The notes under the pieces: model-generated
What the model was told of the DNA's origin: nothing
Databases searched by the model: none
What the model saw: only the letters and a program-made list of their open reading frames with translations
Part shown: positions 19,172-29,273 of the stretch, in pieces
How positions within the stretch are numbered: position 1 is the stretch's first letter
Layout: every line of letters begins with the position of its first letter
DNA from: an uncultured Nitrososphaerota archaeon
GTDB taxonomy: Archaea > Thermoproteota > Nitrososphaeria > Nitrososphaerales > Nitrosopumilaceae
Length of the DNA stretch: 64,000 nt
NCBI GenBank assembly: GCA_963824385.1
Contig: CAWGPD010000001.1
Span: forward strand, 224,001-288,000
Direction: 5' to 3'
Made by a program: the position numbers and the translations under genes

Positions 19172-20158
19172 CTATCTGAACTTGGGCAGAGATCTTGCAA
19201 TAACAATTACAGAAACAAATGAAAGTATCACAAGCAGGAGAGGCATTGGAAACTCTGGTACTGCAGACGTATTTGATATTAATGGAATATTTAATCCAGA
19301 TATAAAATTAGGATGTATCTGCTCATGCACTATCATCATTACATCATCTCCGGATTGTTTTGTGTTGATATCTTGCTGTAATTGGCCAAAAGCAGTTTCA
19401 ATCTTGACAAGATAAGGAGATGCACTTGGCGGAGCCATCGATTTTACGTTTTCAAACATGGATTGAGCTGCAATTTCGAGTTGTTGAGAACTTTGATATG
19501 CTGGAGCATCAACAATCGTCATCTGAGTTCCTGTCATACTACCAGAACTTCCCATGTTCATTCCTGACATACCTTTCATTCCTGACATACCACTCATTCC
19601 AGACATGCTACCAGAACTTCCCATACTCATGTTATTCATATTCATATTTGCCATATTAGTGAGATCTTCTTTTGAGCCAATTGCATCAGCATAATCTATT
19701 AGTACTTGATTTAGGACATCAAGTGTTGCAAGAGATTGTATAGTTGCATTATTTTGCACAGAACTTGAAATTTCTGAAGCTTCGACTTGATCCAAAAGTT
19801 GATTCAGTACAACTGAATTTTGTGATGCAATAGTGAGGTCAGGGTTAGCACTGCCAGACATGGAATACAAATTATTAATTGCCGATGAAAGACTATTAGC
19901 CAAAGTTGCGTTTTGTTGAGTAAGTGTATTCATTTCATTTATCCCCCAATATTCTTGACTTTTTGAAATATGCCAGTTGGCAGTTTTACTGTCAGAAATA
20001 CTATTAGCAATAAGAGTTGATTCTACCTTGAATTCTTGGATTTTTGCAATAAGATCTGCATCGGAATTTTTTACAAAATTATGAGCAAATACAGGATGAA
20101 CAAACATCATTCCCACAAGTCCAATTACCATTAACGATACAACAATTTTCTTTGCCAA
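19172..20158 (-). CDS. Exported His1, Met-rich protein with PEF-CTERM anchor
   Basis: VFA-HNF, MSGMSGMSGMKGMSGM tract, MMIVHEQIHP, VPEFP followed by TM and basic tail. Confidence 0.85.
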   Translation of the reverse strand: MAKKIVVSLMVIGLVGMMFVHPVFAHNFVKNSDADLIAKIQEFKVESTLIANSISDSKTANWHISKSQEYWGINEMNTLTQQNATLANSLSSAINNLYSMSGSANPDLTIASQNSVVLNQLLDQVEASEISSSVQNNATIQSLATLDVLNQVLIDYADAIGSKEDLTNMANMNMNNMSMGSSGSMSGMSGMSGMKGMSGMNMGSSGSMTGTQMTIVDAPAYQSSQQLEIAAQSMFENVKSMAPPSASPYLVKIETAFGQLQQDINTKQSGDDVMMIVHEQIHPNFISGLNIPLISNTSAVPEFPMPLLLVILSFVSVIVIARSLPKFR

Positions 20159-20195
20159 ACTATGACAGTATATTCAAAATAATATTAAAATGTAA

Positions 20196-20218
20196 TGGTA
20201 CAATCTTCGAATATTACA
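20196..20218. promoter_or_regulatory. Island motif site
   Basis: TGGTACA-ATCTTCGAA-TATTACA. Minus strand reads TGTACCA-TTACA-TTTTAATA before start 20158. Confidence 0.65.
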
Positions 20219-20349
20219 AATTTTAGCCTCAATCTTGGTACAGCATTTACACCCATATCCACAATCCTTGGATTAATCCCAATCCACTTGTCTTGATTGT
20301 GGCATATTTTTTGTACATCATACATAATAATAAGGAAAAAAATAATGTG

Positions 20350-20493
20350 ATGGTAATGAAAAATCTTGTATGTGGAATGGAAGTAACCGAAAAGAAACAC
20401 ATGACAAAATACAATGGAAAAGACTTTCTCTTTTGTTGTGCCCATTGCAAAACAACTTTTGAAAAAAATCCAAAGCAATTTGTTAAAGAATAA
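20350..20493 (+). CDS. Stand-alone YHS/TRASH domain protein (candidate copper chaperone)
   Basis: VCGMEV...YNGKDFLFCCAHCKTTFEKNP. Confidence 0.85.
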   Translation: MVMKNLVCGMEVTEKKHMTKYNGKDFLFCCAHCKTTFEKNPKQFVKE

Positions 20494-20683
20494 CATTGAG
20501 GGTCATCATCCATCACGATGTTGTTTCTTATTTGACTAGAGAGAGACATCTCAATCATATGCTGCAATAACATTTGCAATAAATACACATTTGTTGTACA
20601 ATGAAGATTTACTTCATAGTTCAAATTCAAATACGATATCCTCCTATGATATTTTTATACAAGTTATGCGAAGAAGAGGTGAG

Positions 20684-20935
20684 ATGGGTCACCACAGCCT
20701 TGCTGATAACATAATGATGCTTGTGATGTCAGTTGCAATGCTTACAATGGTAATGTCAATGTTAATCATGGGAGTCAATTGGTCCATAGTACTCCTAATT
20801 CTATCAGGAGTATTGACAGCTGTAACAACTGTCTTTTATTCATTCCAGTCTGCCAGATGTATGTGTGGAACCAATCAATACAATAAGCAATCAAACAAAG
20901 CGATATCTGACGCTACATGTGATTGTCCTAAGTGA
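20684..20935 (+). CDS. Small two-TM membrane protein with His/Met/CxC motifs
   Basis: GAGGTG RBS, MGHH start, Met-rich TM1, CMC and CDC in the tail. Confidence 0.65.
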   Translation: MGHHSLADNIMMLVMSVAMLTMVMSMLIMGVNWSIVLLILSGVLTAVTTVFYSFQSARCMCGTNQYNKQSNKAISDATCDCPK

Positions 20936-21203
20936 AAAATGATGAATAAATATAGCACATGCGATTCAACGATATAACATTTGTAAGTCAAGAAAAAACT
21001 ACATGATGTAGATATTCCAGTTTTAAAAAATGGTACCATCCCAGGAATTTTACTAAATGAGGAGTAATATCAAACATCAATGTCATTGTACTTTTGTGTC
21101 AAAGTTAGTATCTCCAGAATATTTTGCAGAAAGTGTATGAGTTCCAATCAATAATGACGAGGAGGACATTGTAGTCATATGAGTACTAGTTCGAATCGGA
21201 GTG

Positions 21204-21599
21204 TTATTTTCTCCTTTGACTAATTATAACCCATGCAAATGGAATTCCTACCAGACATGCTGTGAGCATAGTCATCCATTCCAAAAAAATGGGTATTTTT
21301 TCATTTGAAGATATTCCCAACCTGTCAGACATTTCGCGCATACCAGACATGTTGGACATACCAGCCATTCCATGCATACCAGACATGTTGGACATACCAG
21401 CCATTCCATGCATACCAGACATGTTGGACATACCAGCCATTGTCTCACTTGATATCATTTTAATCGAGTATGCAGAATAGTATTGTTCAGCATTTACTGT
21501 ATGAAGTTGAGAAACTAATACAAATACAATACCTACGAAAATGATCGAAAAAAGACCAAACCAAACACAGGCCAAGTTTTTCTTTAACATAGAGGCCAT
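21204..21599 (-). CDS. Membrane-anchored Met-rich repeat protein
   Basis: N-terminal hydrophobic segment, (MAGMSNMSGMHG) repeats, C-terminal TM and RRK. Confidence 0.7.
   Translation of the reverse strand: MASMLKKNLACVWFGLFSIIFVGIVFVLVSQLHTVNAEQYYSAYSIKMISSETMAGMSNMSGMHGMAGMSNMSGMHGMAGMSNMSGMREMSDRLGISSNEKIPIFLEWMTMLTACLVGIPFAWVIISQRRK
21338..21441. repeat. 36-bp in-frame tandem repeat, about 2.9 copies
   Basis: Unit cataccagacatgttggacataccagccattccatg. Confidence 0.9.
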
Positions 21600-21637
21600 T
21601 CGTAACACTCGTTTATTTCTTTTAGAAATTAAAATCA

Positions 21638-21660
21638 GTGGTACAATCCACGAATGAATT
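21638..21660. promoter_or_regulatory. Island motif half-site between the Met-repeat gene and the metallothionein-like gene
   Basis: Minus strand reads TGTACCA-CTGAT-TTTAATT. Confidence 0.6.
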
Positions 21661-21714
21661 ACCAAAATTGAGAATCAAGGACATGCATATCTATGGATTT
21701 AAACAATAAACAAT

Positions 21715-21822
21715 ATGACACATTGTAATTGTGGAGCTAAACATGAAACTACTTGTAGTTGTCAAAAAACTGGCAAATGCGACTGCGGCAGTAGTTGCAC
21801 CTGCAAAGATTGCAGATGTTAA
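21715..21822 (+). CDS. Metallothionein-like protein (35 aa, 10 Cys)
   Basis: Manual translation MTHCNCGAKHETTCSCQKTGKCDCGSSCTCKDCRC*: five CxC pairs, no aromatic residues, immediately upstream of copA. Confidence 0.8.
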   Translation: MTHCNCGAKHETTCSCQKTGKCDCGSSCTCKDCRC

Positions 21823-21893
21823 TCAAGCAACACGTGTTCACAGCAAGCCAAGTAATGAGGTTAAAATATTCTTCTTTTTTAGAGTGAGCTAGA

Positions 21894-23999
21894 ATGGCGC
21901 GAGACCCCATATGTGGAATGTTTGTAGAGGAAAAAAATGAGTCATTAAATTTTGAAACAGATGGAAGAAGGTATTATTTTTGCTGCAAAAGCTGCCTAGA
22001 CGAATTCGCCATGCCAGAAAAAGAACTCAAAAAACTAAAGAGTCATGTCGTACTGGCTATCATTTTAACAATTCCCACAGTTTTGCTAACATATATCGCA
22101 ATTATACCTCACCAATTAAACCCCTACGTACTTTTTGCATTAGCAACACCAGTCCAGTTCTGGCTCGGTTGGAGATTCTATCAGGGTACATATGATGCAT
22201 TCAAGCACAAGATGACTAACATGGATGTCCTAATCGCATTAGGAACATCCACCGCGTGGGGATACAGCACTGTCATAACTTTTGTGCACAATGTAGTACC
22301 AATGGCAGATGTATACTTTGAAACATCTTCAGTCATAATCACGCTTTTGTTAATTGGAAGATTACTTGAGAGTAAGACCAAGACAAGAGCATCAAAGGCT
22401 GTAAAAAAACTACTGGATCTTAAACCAAGATTTGCTCATGCCATAAAAAATAATCAAGAGGTAGAGGTACCAGTTGAGCAAGTACAACCAGACGATATAA
22501 TCATAGTTCGTCCAGGGGAAAGAATACCTGTAGATGGAACAATAATTGAAGGAAGATCGTCAATAGATCAATCTGCGATAACAGGTGAGAGTATCCCAGT
22601 AGAAAAAGAAGTTGGAGATGATGTCATTGGAAGCACCATCAACAAAGAAGGCGCATTCAAATTCAAAGCAACCAAGGTAGGAGACGAATCTGTCTTATCG
22701 CAAATAGTAAAGCTTGTCGAGGATGCAAAATCAAGCAGGGTTCCGATACAAAAGCTTGCTGATAAAATATCATCATATTTTGTACCACTTATAATTACAA
22801 TAGCAATAATTTCTGCACTGGGGTGGTTCTTTGTAGGTGGAATTGGCCTTACTTTCTCAATTCTTGCATTTGTTTCAGTAATAATAATTTCTTGTCCATG
22901 TGCGCTTGGAATTGCAACACCTGCAGCTCTAATGGTAGGAGCAGGCAAGGCTGCAGAAAACGGCATCCTGATAAAGGGTGGTGAAAATCTTGAAAATGCA
23001 AGAAAGGTTCAGATTATAATATTCGACAAAACCGGGACTTTAACCAAGGGAATTCCTTCTGTTACTGATGTTGTGACTATAAACGAGATGAACAGCGATG
23101 AGATATTACGCCTTGCCGCAATTTCAGAGAAAAATTCAGAGCATCCCCTTGCAAGAGCTATAGTAAGACATGCAAAAAAAACAAATCTCGTAGTTTCAGA
23201 TCCAGATTCGTTTAAATCCATCACAGGTAGTGGAGTTGAAGCCCAGTACGGAGATCATCAGATATTGATAGGAAATAGAAAATTCATAACAAATAACGGC
23301 ATTACAATTGATGAAAAAATGGAGAAGAAGATTCAGGAATTTGAAGAAGGCGGAAAGACTACAATCATCATATGTATTGACAAAAAATTATCAGGAATAA
23401 TTGCAATGATGGATACGATCAGTGACAACGCACTAGAAGCCATACAGAGGCTCAAAAAGAATGGAATTCAAGTAGCAATGCTTACAGGAGACAACACAAA
23501 GATTGCCAATGCAATAGCAAGTAAACTTGGAATAGACCGAGTTTTCGCAGAAGTATCACCTCAAGAAAAAGAGAACGTCATAGCAAAAATAAAGCAAGAA
23601 GGAAAGACTGTAGCAATGGTGGGAGATGGAATCAATGACGCCCCCGCACTTGCAGCAGCTGATTTAGGAATAGCATTTGGAAGTGGAACAGATATTGCAA
23701 AGGAGACTGGAGGGATTATACTTGTCAAAGATGATTTAAGAGATGTTGTAACAGCAATAGAGCTAAGCAAGAAAACTGTTGCCAAGATTAAACAAAATCT
23801 TGTACTGTCATTTGTTTACAACTCGGCATTAATTCCAGTTGCAGCTGGCGCACTTGTTCCAATATTTGGCCCTCATGTGTACATGATCTTGCCGTTTCTT
23901 GCAGCTGGCGCAATGGCAACAAGCTCCATAACGGTAATTAGTAATTCCCTATTATTGAACAGGTACAAACCAATGAGACAGAGGTTAGAAATAAAATGA
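21894..23999 (+). CDS. copA: Copper-translocating P1B-type ATPase with N-terminal YHS/TRASH domain
   Basis: [40 protein letters not shown], MxxSS. Confidence 0.93.
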   Translation: MARDPICGMFVEEKNESLNFETDGRRYYFCCKSCLDEFAMPEKELKKLKSHVVLAIILTIPTVLLTYIAIIPHQLNPYVLFALATPVQFWLGWRFYQGTYDAFKHKMTNMDVLIALGTSTAWGYSTVITFVHNVVPMADVYFETSSVIITLLLIGRLLESKTKTRASKAVKKLLDLKPRFAHAIKNNQEVEVPVEQVQPDDIIIVRPGERIPVDGTIIEGRSSIDQSAITGESIPVEKEVGDDVIGSTINKEGAFKFKATKVGDESVLSQIVKLVEDAKSSRVPIQKLADKISSYFVPLIITIAIISALGWFFVGGIGLTFSILAFVSVIIISCPCALGIATPAALMVGAGKAAENGILIKGGENLENARKVQIIIFDKTGTLTKGIPSVTDVVTINEMNSDEILRLAAISEKNSEHPLARAIVRHAKKTNLVVSDPDSFKSITGSGVEAQYGDHQILIGNRKFITNNGITIDEKMEKKIQEFEEGGKTTIIICIDKKLSGIIAMMDTISDNALEAIQRLKKNGIQVAMLTGDNTKIANAIASKLGIDRVFAEVSPQEKENVIAKIKQEGKTVAMVGDGINDAPALAAADLGIAFGSGTDIAKETGGIILVKDDLRDVVTAIELSKKTVAKIKQNLVLSFVYNSALIPVAAGALVPIFGPHVYMILPFLAAGAMATSSITVISNSLLLNRYKPMRQRLEIK

Positions 24000-24172
24000 T
24001 CCCAAAATCCATTTTATTGATACGTGAAACTTCATATCATAATTTTAGGAGAAATATGTCAACTCAGATCTTTACTGCATGGGCGCACTCTCCATACAGC
24101 AAAGAGCAGAGCAGAATGAAGTCAAATCATTATGCAGTATCAATACCACGTCATTTTACAAGATAAAGAAAT

Positions 24173-24249
24173 TGGTACATTAGTCGAATATACCATGTAT
24201 GAAGATACTTTGCTTCATACCATGAATGAGCCATTCTATAGTTGTACCA
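24173..24249. promoter_or_regulatory. Three island motif sites at 27-bp period upstream of the regulator operon
   Basis: TGGTACA-N9-TATACCA (24173-24195), CATACCA (24216-24222), TGTACCA (24243-24249), then GTTCG-TTTAAAT. Confidence 0.7.
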
Positions 24250-24283
24250 GTTCGTTTAAATTTCTAAAAAGCGTAAATTTACT

Positions 24284-24676
24284 ATGCAGAAAGAAAGCCA
24301 TCTATTGGAAAATAGGCCAAAGCTTTTTACCATAATCATTTTTTCTGTAATCGCAATTTTTGCAGTACCAGTAATACTTCCTCATGTATTTCACGAATTT
24401 CAAGTCTTCCACATACTACTCCACTTAAGCGGAGTTGCAATAGCCAGTTTTCTTACCATAGTTTCTTCAGTAGCATATGCAAGAATTAAAACAAAAAGGC
24501 TAATGTTTACAATGATAGCATTTGGCTTATTTGCAGTTGCAGAGGTATTCTCAGTCATCGATGCAGCATGGCAGTATACTTATTATTTCGGGTCCGTCTC
24601 AGCAGATGAGGTAGGACATATTCTTGAATTATGCACATTGGGGATGTTTGCATTGAGTGTGTTTAGGAGAGATTAG
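24284..24676 (+). CDS. Four-TM membrane protein with several His residues
   Basis: Hydrophobic helices, PHVFH, FHILLH, GHILE. Ends 1 nt before the regulator gene. Confidence 0.75.
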   Translation: MQKESHLLENRPKLFTIIIFSVIAIFAVPVILPHVFHEFQVFHILLHLSGVAIASFLTIVSSVAYARIKTKRLMFTMIAFGLFAVAEVFSVIDAAWQYTYYFGSVSADEVGHILELCTLGMFALSVFRRD

Positions 24677-24677
24677 A

Positions 24678-25175
24678 ATGGATAGAAGTATAGAGATCAT
24701 AAACATTGTAGAGAAAAATCCAGGGATAAAGTTTCGAGAGATTATGAGAGAGTCCGGACTGAAAAATGGAGTTCTAAGTTATCACGTAAGAAAATTAGAA
24801 GAGAGTGGTAGTGTAAAGATAGATAGAAAGTCAGGAGAGACCCGATTTTATCCCCTTTGCGTTACAGATGAAGAATCAAATCTTATAACAAGTCTTAGGC
24901 GAGACACTCAAAGATATATTTTATTATCTTTGCTTGATGGTAAATCACTTGCATTTAATGAGATAGTTTCGAAAGTCAGAAAATCACCTTCGACTGTTTC
25001 TACATTCCTTGGAAGACTTGTTGATGATAACATAGTGGAAATTAAGATCGTGGGATTAAAGAAAGTCTACTTTTTAAAAAATACAGACATGGTTCGTGAG
25101 ATAATTGAAAAATACAATCCAATTCTTCTTGAAAGAACTGCATACAACTTTGCAGACACGTTTGCAAACCTTTAG
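24678..25175 (+). CDS. Double winged-helix transcriptional regulator
   Basis: NPGIKFREIMRESGLKNGVLSYHVRKLE and a second HTH, FNEIVSKVRKSPSTVS. Confidence 0.85.
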   Translation: MDRSIEIINIVEKNPGIKFREIMRESGLKNGVLSYHVRKLEESGSVKIDRKSGETRFYPLCVTDEESNLITSLRRDTQRYILLSLLDGKSLAFNEIVSKVRKSPSTVSTFLGRLVDDNIVEIKIVGLKKVYFLKNTDMVREIIEKYNPILLERTAYNFADTFANL

Positions 25176-25301
25176 GAATTACAACTCACAATTTACCATG
25201 CAGTCACGTATTATGCAATAATTGTACCATAATACTAGATACGAGTAAATGAGAAACTACTCACTATTTATTTAGAGTCAAAGGATAAAACTCAATCAAA
25301 T

Positions 25302-26669
25302 ATGAACAAGATTCTAGTCCTGTTTACTATTGCATTAATTCTATTTCCTAGCGTCATGTTCTTGTCAGCCCATGGAGACGGATTAGCAAGTGAAACATTA
25401 CCGCCGTCCATGATTGGTAACAAAAATGTCACATTATCAATCAACACATCGCCATTTTTGATAAACGACTATCAGTCTGGAACACAGATAAATTTTGTAT
25501 TGATGGATGTCACTGATCAGCAGCCAATTCCAGATGCAACAATCGCAGTTTCAGTCTTCAAGGACAATAAAGCTGTAGTTGGTCATGTGTTTATGAGCGA
25601 TAGTGGAAATTTCCTACTTGATTTGATTCCAGACACAACAACAAACAGCACTTCAATTGATGAACAAGGTGGAATATTTCCAGGTCTGTTGGGGCATAGT
25701 GGAGAATATAACATCAAAGGACCTGCATTTTCCACCGCAGGATTGTACAAATTCAAAATCGAAGTTCTCACAATGGGATCATATGATTACCAAGTAAGCA
25801 AGTCATTTGATGCCGGAGTATCACTTCCAGAAACAGACAATTATCAAGTCTATGATAAAGACTATGGAAATCAGAACGTTACACTAATTGCTTATTATGA
25901 TAAAATCAGTGATTTTCAATACAATACAGATACCAAGACTATAAGTTTTGTAATGCCGTTTAACTGGGATCCTGATAATGTAAAACAAGTATCAGTTGTG
26001 CACCAGGAATTAAAGATACCAAGAACATTTAGTGATTTTATAGTTACAAAATATGATGTATCCATTAATGGAGTAAAGATACCTGACAAAGAAATCAGCA
26101 TAGATGATTATTCATCAGATGAGCGAATAGTACACCTAATTTTATACAAAACTGATGTGGCAAACATTGTAAAAGAGCAGAACAGTACAAAGCAAGAGAT
26201 GGATTACTCTATTTCTCCCAGCAACACTATCAGTTTTCCAATCATACAATATACAAGAAATGCACAATACAAGGTGAGTCTTAGCTGGGACCCCCCAAAA
26301 ATTCTCCCAGGTTCAACAACCAGATTTAGTTTCCAAGTTCTAGATCCTTATTTGGTAAATAAAACAGTCGACCCCTTAGACTATGATTTTTCCATAATTG
26401 CTGGAAAGAATGGAGTGATATTTCACAAGAGTGATACTACTAATAGCAATGGCACCATGAATATAATCAATGTTCCATTCCCGTCTAATTATACGGGTCC
26501 AATTACAATTGCATTTGAGAATTTAAACGATAATAGTTTTGCAGATTCAGAATTCTCAGGAATTGTTTCAGTCCCCACAATAGTTCCAGAATTTCCCGCA
26601 GGGCTATTGTTAATAACTGCAATCACATTTTCAATCATCCTAGTACTTCCAAGACTAGGGAAAAAATGA
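25302..26669 (+). CDS. Exported protein with PEF-CTERM anchor
   Basis: Signal peptide, beta-rich body, VPEFP followed by TM and GKK. Confidence 0.8.
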   Translation: MNKILVLFTIALILFPSVMFLSAHGDGLASETLPPSMIGNKNVTLSINTSPFLINDYQSGTQINFVLMDVTDQQPIPDATIAVSVFKDNKAVVGHVFMSDSGNFLLDLIPDTTTNSTSIDEQGGIFPGLLGHSGEYNIKGPAFSTAGLYKFKIEVLTMGSYDYQVSKSFDAGVSLPETDNYQVYDKDYGNQNVTLIAYYDKISDFQYNTDTKTISFVMPFNWDPDNVKQVSVVHQELKIPRTFSDFIVTKYDVSINGVKIPDKEISIDDYSSDERIVHLILYKTDVANIVKEQNSTKQEMDYSISPSNTISFPIIQYTRNAQYKVSLSWDPPKILPGSTTRFSFQVLDPYLVNKTVDPLDYDFSIIAGKNGVIFHKSDTTNSNGTMNIINVPFPSNYTGPITIAFENLNDNSFADSEFSGIVSVPTIVPEFPAGLLLITAITFSIILVLPRLGKK

Positions 26670-26935
26670 AACGCGGAATCCTAATTGTAATTTCAGGAGC
26701 ATGCATGCTCATAGGTGGTCATTTTCTTTCACAAATGGTAATTGATGCAATTCCAACAATCAATCCTGCCAATTCAAGTACAATAAAAGATACAAATTAT
26801 CACATGGTTACTCTAAGTAACCAGTTATCATTTGCCAGCCAACTTGGAATCATAGTTTTGTTTATTGGGGCAATCATATTTTTCACAGATAGAAGAAAAT
26901 CTAGTAACTCGGATCAGAATATTACTAAAATTTAA
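26666..26935 (+). CDS. Small two-TM membrane protein
   Basis: Overlaps the previous gene by 4 nt; two hydrophobic helices. Confidence 0.65.
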   Translation: MKRGILIVISGACMLIGGHFLSQMVIDAIPTINPANSSTIKDTNYHMVTLSNQLSFASQLGIIVLFIGAIIFFTDRRKSSNSDQNITKI

Positions 26936-27007
26936 CATGTCAATTTTTTCCAAATCATACAGGATGGAAATTTCATTCAAGTACAATGCCAAAGAATTGT
27001 CGATTAC

Positions 27008-27964
27008 CTAGCCCTTCATGCCATATCCTACAAGTACGGAATAACATCCAAGGCCACATTGCTCACATATTGGCTTCATAGACGAGTTGTCCGCACTTCC
27101 AATACAGCAGGGTCGTTTCTCCCTACCCATGTGATCAACTGATATTATTGCCCATGTGGGGCAGTCAACAGGAACAGTTCCCTTTCCGCCCCAATTCTTT
27201 TTCATCAACTCTAGCTGACTATCAGGATTTATGATATAATCATCATCAAACTGGTCTCTCATTGCAATAATATCATCAACTACTTGTGTTCTTTGAGGAC
27301 CAAATGGGAGCCAGAGAGGGTCATCTTTCATAAAAGGAGTATGAAACTGAAATCCAATCTTGTTGGAATATTCATGCCATTCGTTCATGACATCTTTTAC
27401 TGTCTTGTAGTTTTGAGAATTAATTGTCATTGTAATCCATATGTCTTTCCATGCCTTTTCTCCATTATTGTTTACATAATCTAGAACATTCTTTCTTGTC
27501 TTATCCCAAGATCCGGCTCCACGAATTTTGTCATGAGTCTCGTTTGTACCATCTATTGATATCCAGTAAAAGTATAGATTTTCAATTTTTTTCAGCGGTA
27601 TAGTCCCGTTAGATACGATACAGATTCTTTTTGGAAACTGCTTTACAAACAAATCAATAACATCAGGCCTTAGAGCGGGTTCACCCCCTACTAGAGTAAT
27701 GATAAAGACATGATTTTTCTTAAATTTCTCATCAATTACTTTTTGCCATTGTTGAAGTGTTAGATCCTCATTTTCTTTTCTGTTTAGCCACCAATAACAG
27801 TGAGTACAGTGCAAGTTACATACATTGATTATATCAGCAGACCCATACAGCGGGCTTTTTCGGTGAAATAATTTGTATCCTGCAAATGTTCCAAATATGT
27901 GAAAATAGCATGGCATCTCTTGAATTATTTGTCTAACTCCCCTGCCCATTATTTCCATGATCAT
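27008..27964 (-). CDS. Radical SAM protein
   Basis: CNLHCTHC, GGEP, ISIDG, C-terminal Cys cluster (PCC..CEQC..C). Start uncertain. Confidence 0.88.
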   Translation of the reverse strand: MIMEIMGRGVRQIIQEMPCYFHIFGTFAGYKLFHRKSPLYGSADIINVCNLHCTHCYWWLNRKENEDLTLQQWQKVIDEKFKKNHVFIITLVGGEPALRPDVIDLFVKQFPKRICIVSNGTIPLKKIENLYFYWISIDGTNETHDKIRGAGSWDKTRKNVLDYVNNNGEKAWKDIWITMTINSQNYKTVKDVMNEWHEYSNKIGFQFHTPFMKDDPLWLPFGPQRTQVVDDIIAMRDQFDDDYIINPDSQLELMKKNWGGKGTVPVDCPTWAIISVDHMGREKRPCCIGSADNSSMKPICEQCGLGCYSVLVGYGMKG

Positions 27965-28057
27965 AAAGATACAGCATTGCAAGTTAAATGCGTTTAGTGT
28001 AATCACAAATTTTAAAAATTCCAAATTTTCCCTGTTTTAATATAATATCTGACTGAT

Positions 28058-28288
28058 CTAGTTAGCACACATTAATGTCGTAGTGCAATAGACTTTTTCC
28101 AATTGCCTGATTTTTTTTGCTATTGTTTCACTTATCTCATTAACATTAGGGCATTCTATTTTTACTACAATGTCATAGTTGCCAAATACCCCTGAAACTT
28201 CCTTAACAGAAGCAATTTCTTTTACTCCTTCAACAATTGCTCCCTCTGCTCCCATCTCACAGTTTATCATGACATAGGCAGTTTCCAA
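28058..28288 (-). CDS. Lrp/AsnC ligand-binding domain protein
   Basis: AYVMINCE.G...VFGNYDIVVKIE...IR.....TTTL. Confidence 0.88.
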   Translation of the reverse strand: METAYVMINCEMGAEGAIVEGVKEIASVKEVSGVFGNYDIVVKIECPNVNEISETIAKKIRQLEKVYCTTTLMCAN

Positions 28289-28486
28289 CTATACCATATC
28301 GTCTTGATAATATATGAAATTTTTGGTATTATAACATTATAAAACATTATAATTTTTTTATTTTACCAGCATATTATGAATTAATTATTTAAAATAAGAT
28401 ATTTTTTGAAATATTTTAGACTTATTAGCATATAATCACAAATGACGATTTTACTTTTAGATCACATCATATTAAAAAATATGAAA

Positions 28487-29273
28487 CTACTGATCTCCAA
28501 TTAAGAAGATTACATTTACAGTAGTTGTTACTTGCTGGTTTGATGAAAATATTGGCGTAGACCTGTCAGCCATAGCAGACATTGCACCTGGGTATATCGG
28601 CGTAGGCGGTGTATTAAAATCCGATAGATTTACAGTTTTTACGCCAATTATTTTCTGACCTAGAGGATCAATTGCGGTCTCTGCTCGAGATTTTGCATCC
28701 AAGACAGCCTTGTTTATCAAATCATCTTGCATGCTCTGTTCTTTTTCAGGAGAGAGTGAGAAAAATATGCTATCCACTCTGTTAGCCCCTGCACTAACGG
28801 CAGTATCAGTAATATTTCCAGCCATAGATAATTTGGTGGTTTTTACATACAAAGTGTTTGAAGTTTGGTAACCTATCAGTTCTGACTGGCGTATGCCAGT
28901 AGTTTGATCAGGAATAGAGTCGTTGTATACTGGTGGAAATAGAAAAGTCAGATGTACTAATCTCGTCTTTACTGATTCCAATGTTTTCAAGCGCATTTAC
29001 TATTGCGTTTGTCATTTGAGAATTTTCGTTGATCGAGTCTTGGGCAGTCTTTGCCTGAGTATCAACACCAAACTGTACAGTGACCAGATCTGGTAATACG
29101 GATGCAGTTGCTGAACCTGTAGAAGACACAGTTCTCTCTTGGGATACGGGTATTGCAGGTACTTGTTGTCCATCGGCCTCTTTCTGAGACATCTCAAAAT
29201 TAGCAAACACTATAGTTGAAACAATTAGAATCACAGCAAGTGTTACAAATATAGTTTTTTTGGGCAGTGCCAT
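28487..29273 (-). pseudogene. SIMPL/DUF541 family exported protein, +1 frameshift near 28940
   Basis: TVSSTGSA...PD.VTVQFGV in one frame; D.AVSAGANRVDSI.F...AV.DAK.RAE in the next. Confidence 0.85.

Noticed and set aside
21338..21441. 36-bp repeats as a CRISPR array
   Set aside because: The units are contiguous with no spacers, lie in frame within a Met-rich CDS, and no cas genes are present.
24056..24167. Short ORF MSTQIFTAWAHS... after copA with a GGAG upstream
   Set aside because: It has no recognisable motif and runs up to the operator array. Support is insufficient.
27008..27964. Radical SAM as a copper-chelator/RiPP maturase for the Cys-rich peptide
   Set aside because: It is over 5 kb from the peptide, convergent to the island, lacks the operator, and has no adjacent precursor or exporter.
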